64,000 nucleotides of DNA from Alphaproteobacteria bacterium (lineage in GTDB: Bacteria > Pseudomonadota > Alphaproteobacteria > MPNO01 > UBA830): assembly GCA_965243135.1 (NCBI GenBank), contig OZ251539.1, positions 2,208,001 to 2,272,000 of the forward strand, given 5' to 3'. This document shows positions 8,634-21,683 of the stretch, piece by piece; position 1 is the first letter of the stretch; every line of letters begins with the position of its first letter. The notes below the pieces were generated by a model. It did no database searches, was not told the DNA's origin, and saw only the letters and a program-made list of their open reading frames with translations. The position numbers and the translations under genes were made by a program.

Positions 8634-9329
8634 ATGGACAACGATCCTAAATGGAAAATATATGAGCGTGCCGTCGCCTGGTTTACGATGGAAAACGCGA
8701 GTATAAATTCCTCCATCACCCCAAATGCGTTTCTTGTCGGCTCGATCAGCGGAACCAAGAGACAGATAGACATTCTCATTCAGCTTGATTGGCAAGATCG
8801 TGAAACCACGCGTCGTATCATTATCGACACCAAGCTGAGGAAACGAAAGCTCGACATAGGGGACGTTGAGCAATTCGAGGGATTGATGAAAGATGTAGAA
8901 GCGCATCATGGAAAACTAGTTTGTACCAACGGATGGACGGCGGCAGCAGAAGAACGCGCAGGAAAAAACATCGATCTTGAAATCATATCGTTCGAAGAAG
9001 TCCTGTCAGATTCACATTCGATTATCTTGTGTCCACACTGCGAAAGTCGCCCCCACGGGGGAGTAGTGTTTTTTTGGGAACCACCGCTTCCATTTATATT
9101 TTTCGGTCTAGAAGTTGCGACGCTAGTTTTTCTTGGAAAGTGCGATGGATGTCGCAGATTTGCCGTCTCGTGTGGCGGATGCGGGGAAATCCTTATCGTC
9201 GACAATTCGCGAGAATTCACTTGTGGGTGCGAATACATTTATTATGCTGACGAAAAAGACGGCGAACGGATGCTTTGGGTTAAATCTCCGATGGGCGAGA
9301 TACCAATCGATGACTGTCCACTAACGTGA
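8634..9329 (+). CDS. Mrr-like (PD-(D/E)xK) restriction endonuclease with C-terminal Zn-binding motifs
   Basis: WKIYE..V, GSISGTKRQIDIL, IIIDTK, DIGDVEQF, GKLVCTNGWT; C-terminal CPHC, CDGC, CGGC and CGC. Confidence 0.8.
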   Translation: MDNDPKWKIYERAVAWFTMENASINSSITPNAFLVGSISGTKRQIDILIQLDWQDRETTRRIIIDTKLRKRKLDIGDVEQFEGLMKDVEAHHGKLVCTNGWTAAAEERAGKNIDLEIISFEEVLSDSHSIILCPHCESRPHGGVVFFWEPPLPFIFFGLEVATLVFLGKCDGCRRFAVSCGGCGEILIVDNSREFTCGCEYIYYADEKDGERMLWVKSPMGEIPIDDCPLT

Positions 9330-10484
9330 ACTTAATATTTCCCCGGGTATCCGCTAACCGTCTCTCACGTCATCGGCTCGATCAAACCAGGACTGGTCGT
9401 CTCTGACGGTTTCTCTCAGATCCGGGCGGCTGAGGTAGCCGGCCAACCTGCGAAAGTACCTTGTCATGGCCTTCAGATCGTTGAGGTCGCTTGCAGCGAT
9501 TTCAATCACTTCGCATCCCGTGTTGTTTCTCAAAAAATCGCGGATCAAGCGGTCGCGTTCCGCAGTCTCCGGGTTTCCATGCAGGTGTCGGCTTAGTCCG
9601 TCAAGATAAATGCAGACTCCCTCGTCTTCCTCGTCGCCAGGGTAGAATACGTCGGGCGTCGTCGTGCCGATCGCCCGGTCAAGACGGATCTGACGGCCGC
9701 GCACGCCTTCTTCGAAACCGGCCGCCAGAAGAAGCTGACGGAGCGTTCGTTCCGCCTGGTTCACGGGATACGACCCTTCCCGCGGTTCCTCGGAAGGCTG
9801 CCTGGACGGGATATCGTGCGATAATTCGAGAGCCGCCCCATAAGCCTCAAGCCGCAGGAGCGCCTCCCCCCGGTTCAAATGCTTGTGATAGTAGGCGTTG
9901 CGGAAGGTCTGGAGACAATCCACGCACGAACTCTCGCAAACGGAAGGGCAATCCTCCACCACTTCCCGCGCGACGTTGACCACCTCGCCGAAACGTTCCA
10001 CGATCTGGGAGAGAAGGCCCGATCCTCCGGGCATCGGATCCCAGAGCAGGGCGTCGACCTCGTCGCGCTCCACGTACCCGACAACCAGGATCTGCAGATC
10101 GTCCATGTGCATGTCGAGAACCCGGGCCGCGGCGAAGCGAAGCGCCTCGAGCACGCTGAAAGCTACCGTCTGGTTTTCGCATGCCGGCAGCGACAGGACA
10201 TCCGCGACCACGTCTGCATAAAAACCGACCGGTGCGCATCTCTTTCCGCAACGCTCCTCGTGAGAGGCGACGAACCGGTCGTATTGGACACCCGAAGCAA
10301 GCGGAGAGACGCTCTGGCCGCACACCGTGCACAGGGGGTATCCAAGACGGGCGAAACTCCCGATAGCGGAAGTTGCGCCGACATTGACCAACCGCAGGCG
10401 AACGCCGCGTCTGAGATGCAGGCTTTGTCCTCCCCAGTCGAAGGCGGTCCCCCCGTTGTGCTGGCCGCGCTCCAGACCGTGAAC

Positions 10485-12133
10485 CAGAAATTCCCGCTAA
10501 GGTGGCCGCCCTTTGCGAAAGGCGCGTCGAGATAGCGTCGTTACCGAGGGACCAGCCGCCGCGACGCACCTTCCCCGCTTCGGCTTGGTGCCGACTTAGC
10601 CTTGACCATCCTGTTTCCCCTGAAAAACTTGCTTTAGCACATTCGGTCACGGTGCCAGGTCAGGAGGTGTCGTAGGGAATTCCCTCTGCTTTCCGGTATC
10701 CAAACGCGATCATTCGGTAGAGTGTTTCCCAGTCCTTCAAGAAGTATTCGAGAAACAATCCCCGCGCCTTTTCCCAGAAGTAAATGGGCCGCTTGGCCTT
10801 CGTTTGCGCCTGTTGGAACAGTTTGCAACATCGCTGTTGAATCTGGTCAATCAGGAACGCCAGCATCATCAGGAACGCAAAGACCGTCGACAGATTCTTG
10901 TTACCGTGACCGAAGTTGTGCTCAAAGCAGTAGCCTTGGTTCTTCAGGGTGTTGAAAGTTTCGTTCTCGATCTTCCAGCGCGCCCGCCCGGTGCGCATCA
11001 ACTCCATCAGGTTCCCTTCGTCAATTGGCAGATCCGTGACCCAGGAGAAACGTTGTTTCTTGCCGTTTGGGAGCTTCTCCCAGTATTCGAGAAAGTTCAC
11101 TTTGAGGTCGAAGTGCGTATCGTTCAGAGGCACTCCGTTAAGATACCGGAATTCGTGCCGTATGTTGTCACCGTCCGTGAACTCCCGGCGCTCCACGGAC
11201 GGCGCGTTGTTGACCCACTCGAACAGGAACTTGTGGTCGCCGGGCTTCGCCCCCAGTATGAAACGCATGTCTAACTCCTTGAGAAGATTGGCATGCGGTC
11301 CGTTCGAGGCCAGCCCATCTTCCAACACAACCAGCTTCAGGTGCGGGTGTTCGCGACGCACATCTTTCAGAAGCCGTTTCGCTGCGTTGCGTTCGCAATC
11401 GTTCTTTTTTGCGCCGTCTTCCTTCAGGATCGGTTCCGGTGCAAACGGAAAAACCTCCTTTTGTTCCGGATGCACCAGAACGGCTCCCAACATCTGGTGG
11501 TAGTAGGTAATCGTACCGTCGCGGTGGTGTTTCTCGCAGCAATTTTTACAGTGCACCTTGTCCGACGAGAAGTATCCCGTTCCATCGATCGAAAGAGCGT
11601 AATGCCCGTTCAGACAAGTGTATTCTTCCAATCCCTTGCCTCGTTGCAAAACCTGGAACATCTTCGTGAAACAACGCCGCAATTGCCGCGGACAGACTTC
11701 GTCAAGCCGTTCGCGCATCGCAGTGTCCGACGGCACGCGCTTGACGCCGTATAAGGTCGCGAGGTTGTGCCGAACCACTTCGTCGGCGTGCGCGGCCTCG
11801 TCGAATTGCAGAAGCGACGCATACTTCATACCGAACACCGCTAGACCCGACATCAGACAGTCCGTCTGGTTCAGCCCCCTGCTCGCGATCGGATCTTCGA
11901 TACGGTCGAAACAAGCTCGCACTTCCTTCAGCAATCCCGGAGCGCTGAGCGTCTTGCGCATGCCTGGCATTCTGGCCATTTTGGTTACAATCCCGCCTCG
12001 CCTTCGGACCACTTTCCAGAGAAAAATGCTCCGCTCGAAGGCAAATAGCCCCGAATCACCTCGAAAAGTCCACGAAAGACTTTTTTCCGGCCCCATATTT
12101 TTCAAGGGTTTCGAGCCTTAGCGGGAATTGCTG
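10485..12133 (-). mobile_element. ISNCY-type IS (1649 bp), apparently intact
   Basis: TIRs CAGAAATTCCCGCTAAGG / CCTTAGCGGGAATTGCTG; 9-bp TSD ACCGTGAAC (10476-10484 / 12134-12142). Confidence 0.93.
10660..11979 (-). CDS. DDE transposase (ISNCY-type), 439 aa
   Basis: SIDGTGYF, KNDCERNAAKRL, EDGLASNGP, GRARWKIENETFNTLK. Confidence 0.9.
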   Translation of the reverse strand: MARMPGMRKTLSAPGLLKEVRACFDRIEDPIASRGLNQTDCLMSGLAVFGMKYASLLQFDEAAHADEVVRHNLATLYGVKRVPSDTAMRERLDEVCPRQLRRCFTKMFQVLQRGKGLEEYTCLNGHYALSIDGTGYFSSDKVHCKNCCEKHHRDGTITYYHQMLGAVLVHPEQKEVFPFAPEPILKEDGAKKNDCERNAAKRLLKDVRREHPHLKLVVLEDGLASNGPHANLLKELDMRFILGAKPGDHKFLFEWVNNAPSVERREFTDGDNIRHEFRYLNGVPLNDTHFDLKVNFLEYWEKLPNGKKQRFSWVTDLPIDEGNLMELMRTGRARWKIENETFNTLKNQGYCFEHNFGHGNKNLSTVFAFLMMLAFLIDQIQQRCCKLFQQAQTKAKRPIYFWEKARGLFLEYFLKDWETLYRMIAFGYRKAEGIPYDTS

Positions 12134-15100
12134 ACCGTGAACGGCCACTCCGAGCTGAAAGCGGAGTTCCTCCTCGTCGGAAATATGCGACCGATGGACC
12201 AGATCCACGTCGCAGACCGAAATGGTTCTCAAACGGCCGGCGCTCAATCCGGAGAGCTCCGTTCCGGCCTCGGTCTCCTTTACCGCCTGCCTTTCGGTCG
12301 ATACCTCGAAGACCGGCATGTCGACCCGTTCCTCGTCGACATTCAGATGGAAACGCCGCGGGACGAACCGGTGACCGTTCGCGTAAACGAGATTGCCCGG
12401 CACGTATTCCCGCAGCGCCAGACTCGGCGGCCGCGGCAACGCGAATTCCCCCACTCCGCTTTGCCAAAACGGGATCTCGGCCGTACCGAGGACCGAACCG
12501 ATCTCAAGCCCGTAACCGGGAAGGAATCCTTCCGCGGCGAGAACTCCAAAGGTGTAGGCATCCTCGTAGCCTTCGGCCTCGTGCCGCATGCGCCGCCTTG
12601 TCTCCTTGAGGCGTTTGACGAGGCGGTCGCAACGCCGGAACAGGGCATCGTCCTCGGGTTCAAGAGCGCCGCGCTTCTCGCGCAGAACGTTCAGCCGCCG
12701 GATCTGGGTCATGGCCCACGCCAGTCGCCGGCGCAATCGGGCGATTACGTTTTCGAGTTGGTCCACCATTCCGGCGACGTGGCCGCGCAACGCTTCCGGA
12801 CTCGTCACTTCCGCGTCGGCATCCGGCCAGTTGCGGGAAAACGCCTTCTCCATGTACGCGACAAGATCTTCGAGATCATGCTCGATCAATTTCCGCAGGG
12901 GCGATAAATCGAACGGCTCGGAACGGACGGCTTCGCCTTCGAACAGGTAGGCGCTTACCCGCGGCGGCAGGGCCTGGCCCAGCGCGGCCTCGATTCGCTC
13001 CCCGTCCGGGCGCGAGGGATCGTGCGCCCGTTGGTAAAGCCTGGTGATCGTTGCGGCGTGAACATGCTTGGCGACCATCAATTCGTTTCGCAGGTTGAAC
13101 GCGGGCGGGTCGACGCGGCCGGCCAGCATCTTGAGGGGCTCCGCGAAGTACGCGCGATCATGGGAAACGGAACGGCAATAGGCCAGGTCCACGGCCATGC
13201 GGTGACGCCGCCCGGCCCGTCCGGCCCGCTGCCAATAGTTGGCCGGGAGCGGGGGCACGTTGCGCATGAGCACCGCGTCGAGTTTGCCGATGTCCACGCC
13301 CAGTTCGAGCGTCGGCGTACAGACGAAGGCGTTGACGGCGTCCGATTCTCCCTTGAACAGGTTTTCGAGGCGTTCTCGCTCCTCGTTAGGGACCATCGCC
13401 GTGTGCTCCTCGGGGCGGAGCATCGAATAACCCTCGTCCAGAACCTGCAGGTCGTAGTTGTCCGGATCTTCCGGGACGAACTCGATTTCGCCTTCGCAGC
13501 GCCATGCGGGGCATTTCCGAAGGGGCGTTCGACGGACTGTGCGGCGCCGGCAACTCCTGCAACGCCAAACGCCCTGATTGCCGCGCAGGCGGAGCCGGTC
13601 CGCATCCACTTGGTAAACCCGGCTGACGCCCGACAGAGCTCTGCCCTTGGCTCCCTTGAGCCGAACGGGCTTGAGCACGCCGAACTCCGCGAGACAGCCG
13701 AACAACTCCTCAAGGAACTTTTCGGCGTTCTCCGGCAGTACGCCCCACTTCCTCGCCATCTGCCGGATCGTCGTATCGCCCCGGTCGCTGAACCACTGGG
13801 TCACGAGTTGAGGCTTTTCGTCGCGCTCGCGACGCAGCTTGGTCCCCGTGGGGTTGCCGAAGCGAGGCAGGTACCCCTGCTGTATCTCGAGGTCGCCTTC
13901 CAACCAATACCTGGAGAAAATCTCCTGTTCCGGGTCGTGCAGGACGCGCTTGCGGCGGAGGTAATCGAGCAGGCTGGCCACTCCTTCGCGGAATTCCTCG
14001 GGAGCGAGAGCCAATCGATCCGCCGTCGCCCGGGATAACGCGGCGGTCAGGCCCTCGTATTCGACCTTCATGCGCCCCCAGGGCTCGAGCCCCACCGGCT
14101 GACGGGCGGACTGGGTTACTTCGCGCAGCACCTGAATGCGCAGGAATTTTCGGCGTTCCTGCCCGTGCCTTCCGCCCCCGCCTTCCTTGCGGACGACCTG
14201 CCATACTTCGGGCACGAGCGCGCGCGACAGCGTTTCGTCCCGCTCCAGAACGTCGTCCATGTACAGGGCGAGGTCACCGACGGAAACCGGACCATCCTTC
14301 ATTCCCTCGGCCATCAGGGAACGCAAGCGGTAGCGGCGGGCGTGGTCCTTCATCCACCCCGCCTGGAAAGCGGCATCCTGCCGGTTGTCGCAAAAGACCA
14401 GCAGCCGGGGCCGTTCGGAGTGGTGCACCATGTCCTGGGCGAGAATGTGCACGTCGGCCACGTGAGTTGCGCGAACCGGCCGGGCCGGCTCCCGGTACCG
14501 CCCGTTGATCCTCCTTCCGGTCGCCCCGCATGAAAGACAACTTGAGAGGAAGCCCGGGTTGTCCTTGTTTTGCCGCACCGCGAACAATTCGACGCTTTCG
14601 CCCGTCCGTCCGCATCCGCGGCACCGGGTCACGGCGTCGGGATGAGCCGTTCCGCAGTGACGGCAAAAGTAAAGGGGGCTGGTGCGGGCGTGCCGGTCGA
14701 TGTCCTCGTCGGCGCTGCCCCCGACGATCCTGTCCGTCAGGACGACGCGGCGGCCGCCATGGGTTTCCTCCAGGGGCTTCCAGTAGGTCGCCTCGCCGAT
14801 CGCCTCGCCGCCGCCCGGCGCCTTGCCGTTGAATTCGAAGTCCTTGAGGAAGGCGACGAAATAGTGCTGACCGCAGGTGGTGCACGTCGTCACCGGAAAA
14901 TGCGCGTGCGCGTTCTCTTCGGCGGCCGCCTCGTCTTCCGCGGCCAGCCACAGCCTGGGGCCGTTGCCCTCCTCGGGAAAGCTCGCCACCGCTCCGCCGA
15001 TGCCCCTCACGAAGCCGTGCAGCACCGGACGAAGAAGCGGCCTGCCCGCCGCGCTCGCCGCCGCTCCGAGAGTCAGCCAGCAGAGGATCTCGGCTTCGTC

Positions 15101-17821
15101 CACGGACCGGCCGATAACGGGCTCGAGTTCCGGGGGCAGCTCGTTCAGCGCGCGCGGAGAAGCCAGCGCCTCGTTGAGCCGATAGACAAGTTCGTTGCCG
15201 GACAAGGCGGCGTACAGCGCGTCCTGCCAATTGCCGGCCGGAAGCGGCGCGCCGGACAGGTCTTCGAGCGCGCCGCCGACGGCCGTTCCCGGATCGGTCT
15301 CGTCGTCCACGGCGCGGACGCAACGGGCGAGGAGTTCGGCCGGGTCGAGCGCCGGAGCCGGCGGCAGAGAGCGGTCTTCCGTCCAGATCTCGGGTTCGTA
15401 GGACTCGTTCACCGTAACGACTTCGTCCTTCGGGACGCCGAAGAACCGCGCCGCGAAATCCCGCGCGGCGTCGGGACTGGACCGGTCCGCGATGGTCGCC
15501 GATGTCGCGACGCAGACCGTTTCGTTCGCCCCGCAAAAGGTTCTCAGCCGGCGGATCAGGCAGGCCGTCTCGGCCCCCTGGGCGCCGGTGAACGTGTGAG
15601 CTTCGTCGAAGACGAGGAAATCGAGGCGGGCGTCGGCGAACAGGCCGATATCCTGCTGCCGGGTCAGCAACAACTCCAGTTGCTTGACGTTGGTCAGGAG
15701 GACGCGGGGCTGCCGGCCCGGCGCGCGCATGATCTCGCGGGAGCAGACCTCCTCCGGCGGATAGACGGTTTCGCTGCGTTTTTCTTTCCTCACCCTGGCG
15801 AGCTCGGCCTCGTAATCGGCCTGCGACGCCCCGGCAGGCAGGCGGATGCCGGCCACCTGTCTCTCCTTTTCCGGCGTCTTGCCCACGTACATCCCGAACG
15901 GAATGCCCGTTCCGGCGAGAAGGGAGCGCAAACGGCCGAGCTGATCCTCGGCCAGGGCGTTCATCGGGTAGACGATCACCGCGCTGACGCCCGGAGCGGT
16001 TTCCCCGTCGCGCAAATCGAGGCACTTGCTGATGATCGGGTAGAGAAAGGACTCGGTCTTGCCCGAACCCGTTCCGGTGGACACCAGCGTCGTTTTTCCG
16101 GAGCGGATGGCCCGGACCGCCTCCTCCTGATGGCCGTACAGTCGGGAGATTTCCGCCGGAATTCGCTGGCGCATATGAGGATGGAATACTCCGTCGCGAA
16201 CCAGTTCGTCGATGGCGGCGCCGAGACGGAAGGAACGCGAGAGGCTGACATAGGGGCCCTTGAGCAGAGGCGAGTCGCGGGTCGAATCGAGGGAGAGCAG
16301 GCGATGCATCTGAGTGCGCATGTCCTCGTCGACGAAGGGGTAGGCCGTCAGCTGGTATCGCAGAAAACTGCGGACGACTTTTTCCGTAAAAACGACGGGG
16401 TTCAGGGCCATGGGCGTTCCTAATCGAAAAGCGTTTTCCCGGCGCCCGTTCGGAAGGCTGGAGAGAAAGCTGCTTCTGCCGGAGCCGTCAGAGGATCTTT
16501 CTCACGCCCCGAGGTCATTGCGAGCAACTGCGCGTAGCCTTCCTCGCCCAACAGATTGCGGGCGTGCAAACGGCACTCCCTCCAGGACTCCTCGGGGTCC
16601 TGGCCGAGCTGCCAGTCGAAAAAGCGCGGACCGAGGCTATCTCCGACCTTCCGGACTTCCCTCGCGCGTTCGTCGCGGCCGAGACCGTAATCCGCCAGGC
16701 GCAGGGATTCGGGAAGCATCCAGCCGTCGCCGTCGTTTTGCCCGCAGAATGCGGCGATACCCTCGTCGACGTCTCCACGTTCGGAAATCTTCCCTTGGAG
16801 ATCGTCGAACGCTACGAGCGTCAGAACGGTGTGGCGCAGCTCGGGAGGCTGGTCCTTGTTGACTCGCCAGAATCCCTTCGCCGCCAATTCGTCGGCCTTC
16901 GACAGCCTGTCCGCTTCGCCGACGGGCAAGTCGCAATCCCGGAGAATGTAACGCAGATCCTCGACGGAAAGTCCGAAAAGCACCGCAACGATGGCGTCCA
17001 GCATGCAATTCAGCCTCAGTCTCTCGTGCGGCGTCGAAGCCCATTGCTCCCTCCAGGCGGAATCCCGCTCCCGCAGATAGATCCAGAGCGGCGAGAACAC
17101 CTCGTGATTCGCCGACATCCGGGCGACCAATCGCGTCAGAATTAACCTGGTTTCCGCCGTGAGCGTTCGCGAATCGAGCAACGGAAACTCCTCGACAACG
17201 GCATAGTTGAGATGAAGGTCTCCGATGCGCAACCGCGCCACGAAATCGAGGACGAACGAGCCCAGCTGGGCTTGAAGGGGCAAGACGTCGGGCATGTGGC
17301 CCGGCGCCAGGCACGGGGCGGCATGGACCGCCGGCGTCGGCGGAGTGAGTGCGCTGACCATCGTTCGCCGGTTAACCGCCTTCGAGATGTCCTTGAAAAG
17401 CAGTCGCGCCAACCAGGGCGGGCGGTCTTCGGTTCGGTCCCGGAAATCGAGTTCGCTCATCAAGTATTCCGGCTCTATGGTCTTCTTCGACGGATCGATC
17501 GGCTTCCATACTGCGCTCCGTCCCTTGCCCCGAACCCATCCCGAGCTGGAGAAATCGAACAGGCTGAACACCTTGGCGCCGTACACGGGCACCGCCGTTC
17601 CTTCGATCGCTTCTTCATCGATCCAGTGCTCGCCGTCTCGCGAGAAAACGATTCCTTCGGCATTATTCGCGCGTCCGGCGGGCATCGTGCCGGACAAAGC
17701 CTTCCAATTGCCCTTGATCCAGCGGTTGTACTCGTCGGGACGGTATCCCTCCTCCTCCCATTTTGGTCGCGGAGGGAAAAGTTTCGAGTCGCCAGTGGTA
17801 TCGAACTCCCTCGTATAACTT

Positions 17822-18063
17822 CAGACCTCCTGACATCGCGTAAATTCAATTTGCCAGCAGGGGGCCCTCGAACGCCAGTTTCAGCCCGGTGCCGAGGTAG
17901 GCATGGCCTTCGCGAGTGACCATGGCACAAAGTTCCCGAAGCGCCGTGTTGAAGCGGGATTGGGACACGGCGCTCTCCAGAAAGTGGTACATTCTAATTT
18001 ACGACGAACTGGGGAAAAATCAAGCAAAATCTTCCAGTTACGCATACCATGTCAGGAGGTCTG
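17822..18063. mobile_element. 242-bp MITE of unidentified family inside the MTase gene
   Basis: 15-bp perfect TIR CAGACCTCCTGACAT; 5-bp TSD AACTT (17817-17821 / 18064-18068); excision restores WNVSYTREFDTTGDSKLFPPRPKW. Confidence 0.9.
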
Positions 18064-20261
18064 AACTTACGTTCCAGCTTCCGGGACCATTTTCGCCGAG
18101 GAGCGCGGAATTTCCGTAGATCTTTTCGAGCAATTCCAGATCCCACGAGGACTCGATCTCCAGGATGGACTGCGAACGCGGAGAAAGGCGGTCTATCTGA
18201 TCCCGGGCGTAATCGGCGGCGCAAAGTTCCGGCCGCTCCCAATCCTCGAGGCGACGCCGCATGAACGCCGTCCGAACGGTTTGCGTCTTTCCGCCTTTTT
18301 CGGCGATGACTGCATTAAATTTCATAGCTCTGTGGATGTCGAAAATACCGTCGCGATTCTCGAAGCCGAATATCCATTCCCACTTCCAACGATTAAGGAA
18401 AAGCTGGCGAAGATCGCCGGTGCCATGGTCGGAGTAGAGGCCCGAGGGCACGATGAATCCGATGCGCCCTCCGTCCTTCAGCAAGGCATGCGCTTGCTCG
18501 AGGAACAGCTTGTACCGGTTGAGGTCGGCGGACCCTTGGTGCCGGAAGGGGCGTCCACCGCGAACGTAGCCCGCGCTCTTCGAACGGCTGCGCCGCCAGT
18601 GCGCATGCAATTCCCCGTTCCGAAGGCCCTTCACGATCGTAAAGCGCCTGTCGCTTTTCGCGTTCATGGAGGGGTCGCCGAAGGCGCTGTCGCGGTGCTT
18701 CACGAAGTTGGACAACGCACGAAAACCGGCGTTGTACGTCAACCATTCCCTTTCGATCACTTCGTCTTTTTTGAAATAGAGAGTTTGATACCGCAGCGCC
18801 TCCTGCTTGCCGTAGGAGGGATATAGCGGGTCTCTGTTCGAGAAGAATTCCCTGGAATACGGTTTCGCGGTATCCCACGGCGGATTGCCGAGCATGGCGT
18901 CGAAGCCGCTTTTTCCGTCCCGGAAAACGTCTGGGAACTCGATCTCCCAATGAAAAAATCGCTCGCGGGACGCTACCCGGGCGGCAATCTCCCAAGTCGC
19001 CTCCGGCGGATCGGCGAGCGTCGACGGAAGCGGCGCGGCGGCGAGTTCGTCAGCGGGCCAGAACCAGCAGGCGCACCAAAGGTCCATCGCCTTCGAGAGC
19101 GTGCGGTAGGCGTCGGAATCGAGGATGTCGTCGTGATATGCCCGGGCGCGCTCGTCCGTACGGTGGACGGGCAGGGCGTGAAGGTGGGTCAGCGTGTCGA
19201 GCGCGTTGTCGTGAACGGAAATCGCTTTTTCCTGCAGGTCTTCCGAAAACAGCGTGGGGCCCGACAGGAAGACTGCGAGATCGGGCGTCAGCTTGTCTTT
19301 CACGAACGCCTTTATGGCCCTGGCGCGCACATCTTTCTCGAAATGGACCCCGTTCGAATGGGTCTTGTCGCCGCCCTCCCGGTTTTTCCAGGCCATGACC
19401 GGATAGTGCTGAAACTGGTCGAACCACGCGCCGACGAGGCTGTTGCCGCACTTGATCTTGTGATCGAGGAAAGAAAATGGCAGCGCGCGATCCATGGTCT
19501 CGACCCAAAGCGCCAGCTTGCAAAGCTCGACGGCCAGCGGATCGAGATCGACGCCGTAGAGGCAACGCTCGACCACGTGCCTGCGGAGCACGGCCTTCAG
19601 CCGCGGTTCGAAGAGATCGTCGTCCGGCGGACAAGGCAGCAGTTCCTCGCAAAGGCCTTCGCCGACGTCGCCGGTCAACGGCCCGACAACGGAACTGTCT
19701 CCGCGGGGAGCGATCCTTCCATGGTGGTGGAGCGATGCGTACAGGGCTTCGGTCAGAAACCGCAACGCCGCCAGGGGGAACGAGCCGGAACCGCACGCCG
19801 GGTCGCAGATCTTCAAATCGAGGATTTCTTCCGGGAGCCTCGGAATCCACTCGTCGGTCGCGGCCGCCCCGGCGGCTACCGGTTCGTAAGCCAGCGGCAG
19901 AAGAGTGCGCTGCACGGTGGGAACCGCGAGGCCGGGCCGGGTATAGAACGAGCCGCTGCCCTTGCGCGTTCCGCCCCAGCGCACCAGATACCACTCGCCG
20001 GGCAAAACGACGCGAACGATCAGCTGACGGGCTTTTCGGAAAACGGTTTCTTCATACTGCAAACGCTTCTCGGGGGTCATCTTTCCGCGCGGTTTCCGGA
20101 CGAGGCCGCCGGCCCCGACTGCGCGAACGGCCCAGGCTTCGGCTCGCAGGCGGGCGTTGTGCCGCTCGTCGCCTTCCGGGATTTCCGCACTCTCGTTCGA
20201 CTCTTCCTCTGCTTCTCCTTCTACATCTTCCTCCTCGACCTGCGGTTCACCAAACGCCCTA

Positions 20262-20277
20262 CCCCCCCCCCCCCCCC
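20262..20277. repeat. C16 homopolymer (G16 on the coding strand) at the MTase frameshift
   Basis: Sixteen consecutive C; the reading frame breaks exactly here. Confidence 0.9.
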
Positions 20278-21683
20278 GTCATCGCTGGTATCCTTCAGGG
20301 CCTTCAACAGGTTGTTGAGCGCCGAATCGTCCATCTCCTCCAGCCGGCTGAGCGGCAGCGCGGGATGGTTCCCGACCGCGAGGAAAATGATCGGGTTGCC
20401 GGGCGGCGCGGTCCGCAACTCGAAATCGAGCAAGCCCTCGTAAAGGATGCCGATGTACTCGCTGGAGAGGTCGGAAAAATCCACCGGCGCCGGAATCCAG
20501 GTGCGCGACCAGCCTTGGCGAACCTTTATCCGCGTCCGCGTGATCCGCTCCAGAATGCGATGGACCTCGGCGTCGGCCATCACCTCCCGGTCGAAGCAGG
20601 CGGTCTCGAAAACCGAAAGCGCGCGGGAGAGCCCGTCGGAGGAATCGGGTTCGCCCGAGGCGAAAAGCGCGCCGCCGTAGGCTGGAACGGGCAAGTCCGG
20701 ATGGTGCGACCCGTCGCGAATCAGACGAAAGAGGGCGAGCACCCGCGGCCAGGCGCTCCACGACCGGGCGAGGCGGTTTCCGCCGCGAGCCGCGGTCTTT
20801 TCGAGGGACTCCAGCAAGCCGGTCAGGCCGTAGCCGCTGTGATAGAGGTCGTTGTCCCGCGGCAGCAAATCGCGCGATTCGGCAAAGAGCACGATCACCA
20901 TCCGCATGACGACGCGCACGGCGGCCCGATAGATCTCGGCCGGGTCGGCGCAGCGTTCTTTCAGGGCTTGTCCGTGGCTCCGCACGAGCGCCTCGACGGC
21001 TTCCCGGACGCGCTCGCCCAAGACCTGCGAGAGTTCCGCCTGTCCCTTGCGGCTGTCGAGAATCGCCTGGAGCAACGGGGCCGGGCCGTCGCTGCCGACC
21101 GGGATCCACGCGCCGGGGGACAGCAGAGTGCGCAGGGCCGCGACCTGGTCCGACAGCTTCCCCTCTTCGAACCACAGGTCCGCGTCCCATTCGCACCAGG
21201 CATCGAAATCGAGGCCGGCGAAAACGAGGCGCCACTGCCGGCCGTTGGTGACGACGGCCAGCTTCTCGCGCCCGCCCCGCAACCACTGGAGAACGCGGCT
21301 CGTCGCCCTGCGGCCGCGGCCGACGCCCACGCGTTTCTCGCGGTCGAGAAAGACGGGCAGAACGCCGCCCCGGTCGCCGGTCCACAGATGGTCGGGTTTG
21401 ATCCTCCCGCCGGCAACGGCGGCGCGGCCCTGCTCGGCGGGGACGCCGCTTCCCCGCCGCCAGCCGCTTGCAGTAAATCCGCAGACTCTCTCGAGCGCGA
21501 ACGCGACGAATTCCGGCGTTGACGCGCGGTCGTCGAGCATCACGGCGCTTCGCCGGCGCAATTCGCTCTCGACGGCCGGCGGCAGGGCGTCCGGCGCGAA
21601 ACGCGCGATCTCCTGAAGCCTTTGAGGATCGAGAAGCAGGCCCCCGTGGCGCAGCCGTTCCCAACCTGGCAATTCCGTCCGGT

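Larger units (their letters stand above)
9354..16411 (-). pseudogene. ~1800-aa DEAD/DEAH (YprA/DrmA-like) helicase with DUF1998 and a C-terminal Vsr-like nuclease, split by an IS
   Basis: STGTGSGKTE, YPMNALAEDQ, DEAH, TPTLELGVDIG, QRAGRAGR; after the IS, DPMPGGSGL, C...CESSCVDCL (DUF1998) and PDVFY...IYLDG..H. Removing 10476-12133 restores a 5400-nt frame. Confidence 0.88.

Noticed and set aside
3000-9330. Integron cassette array
   Set aside because: Small co-oriented genes are present, but I found no attC-like sites and no integrase.
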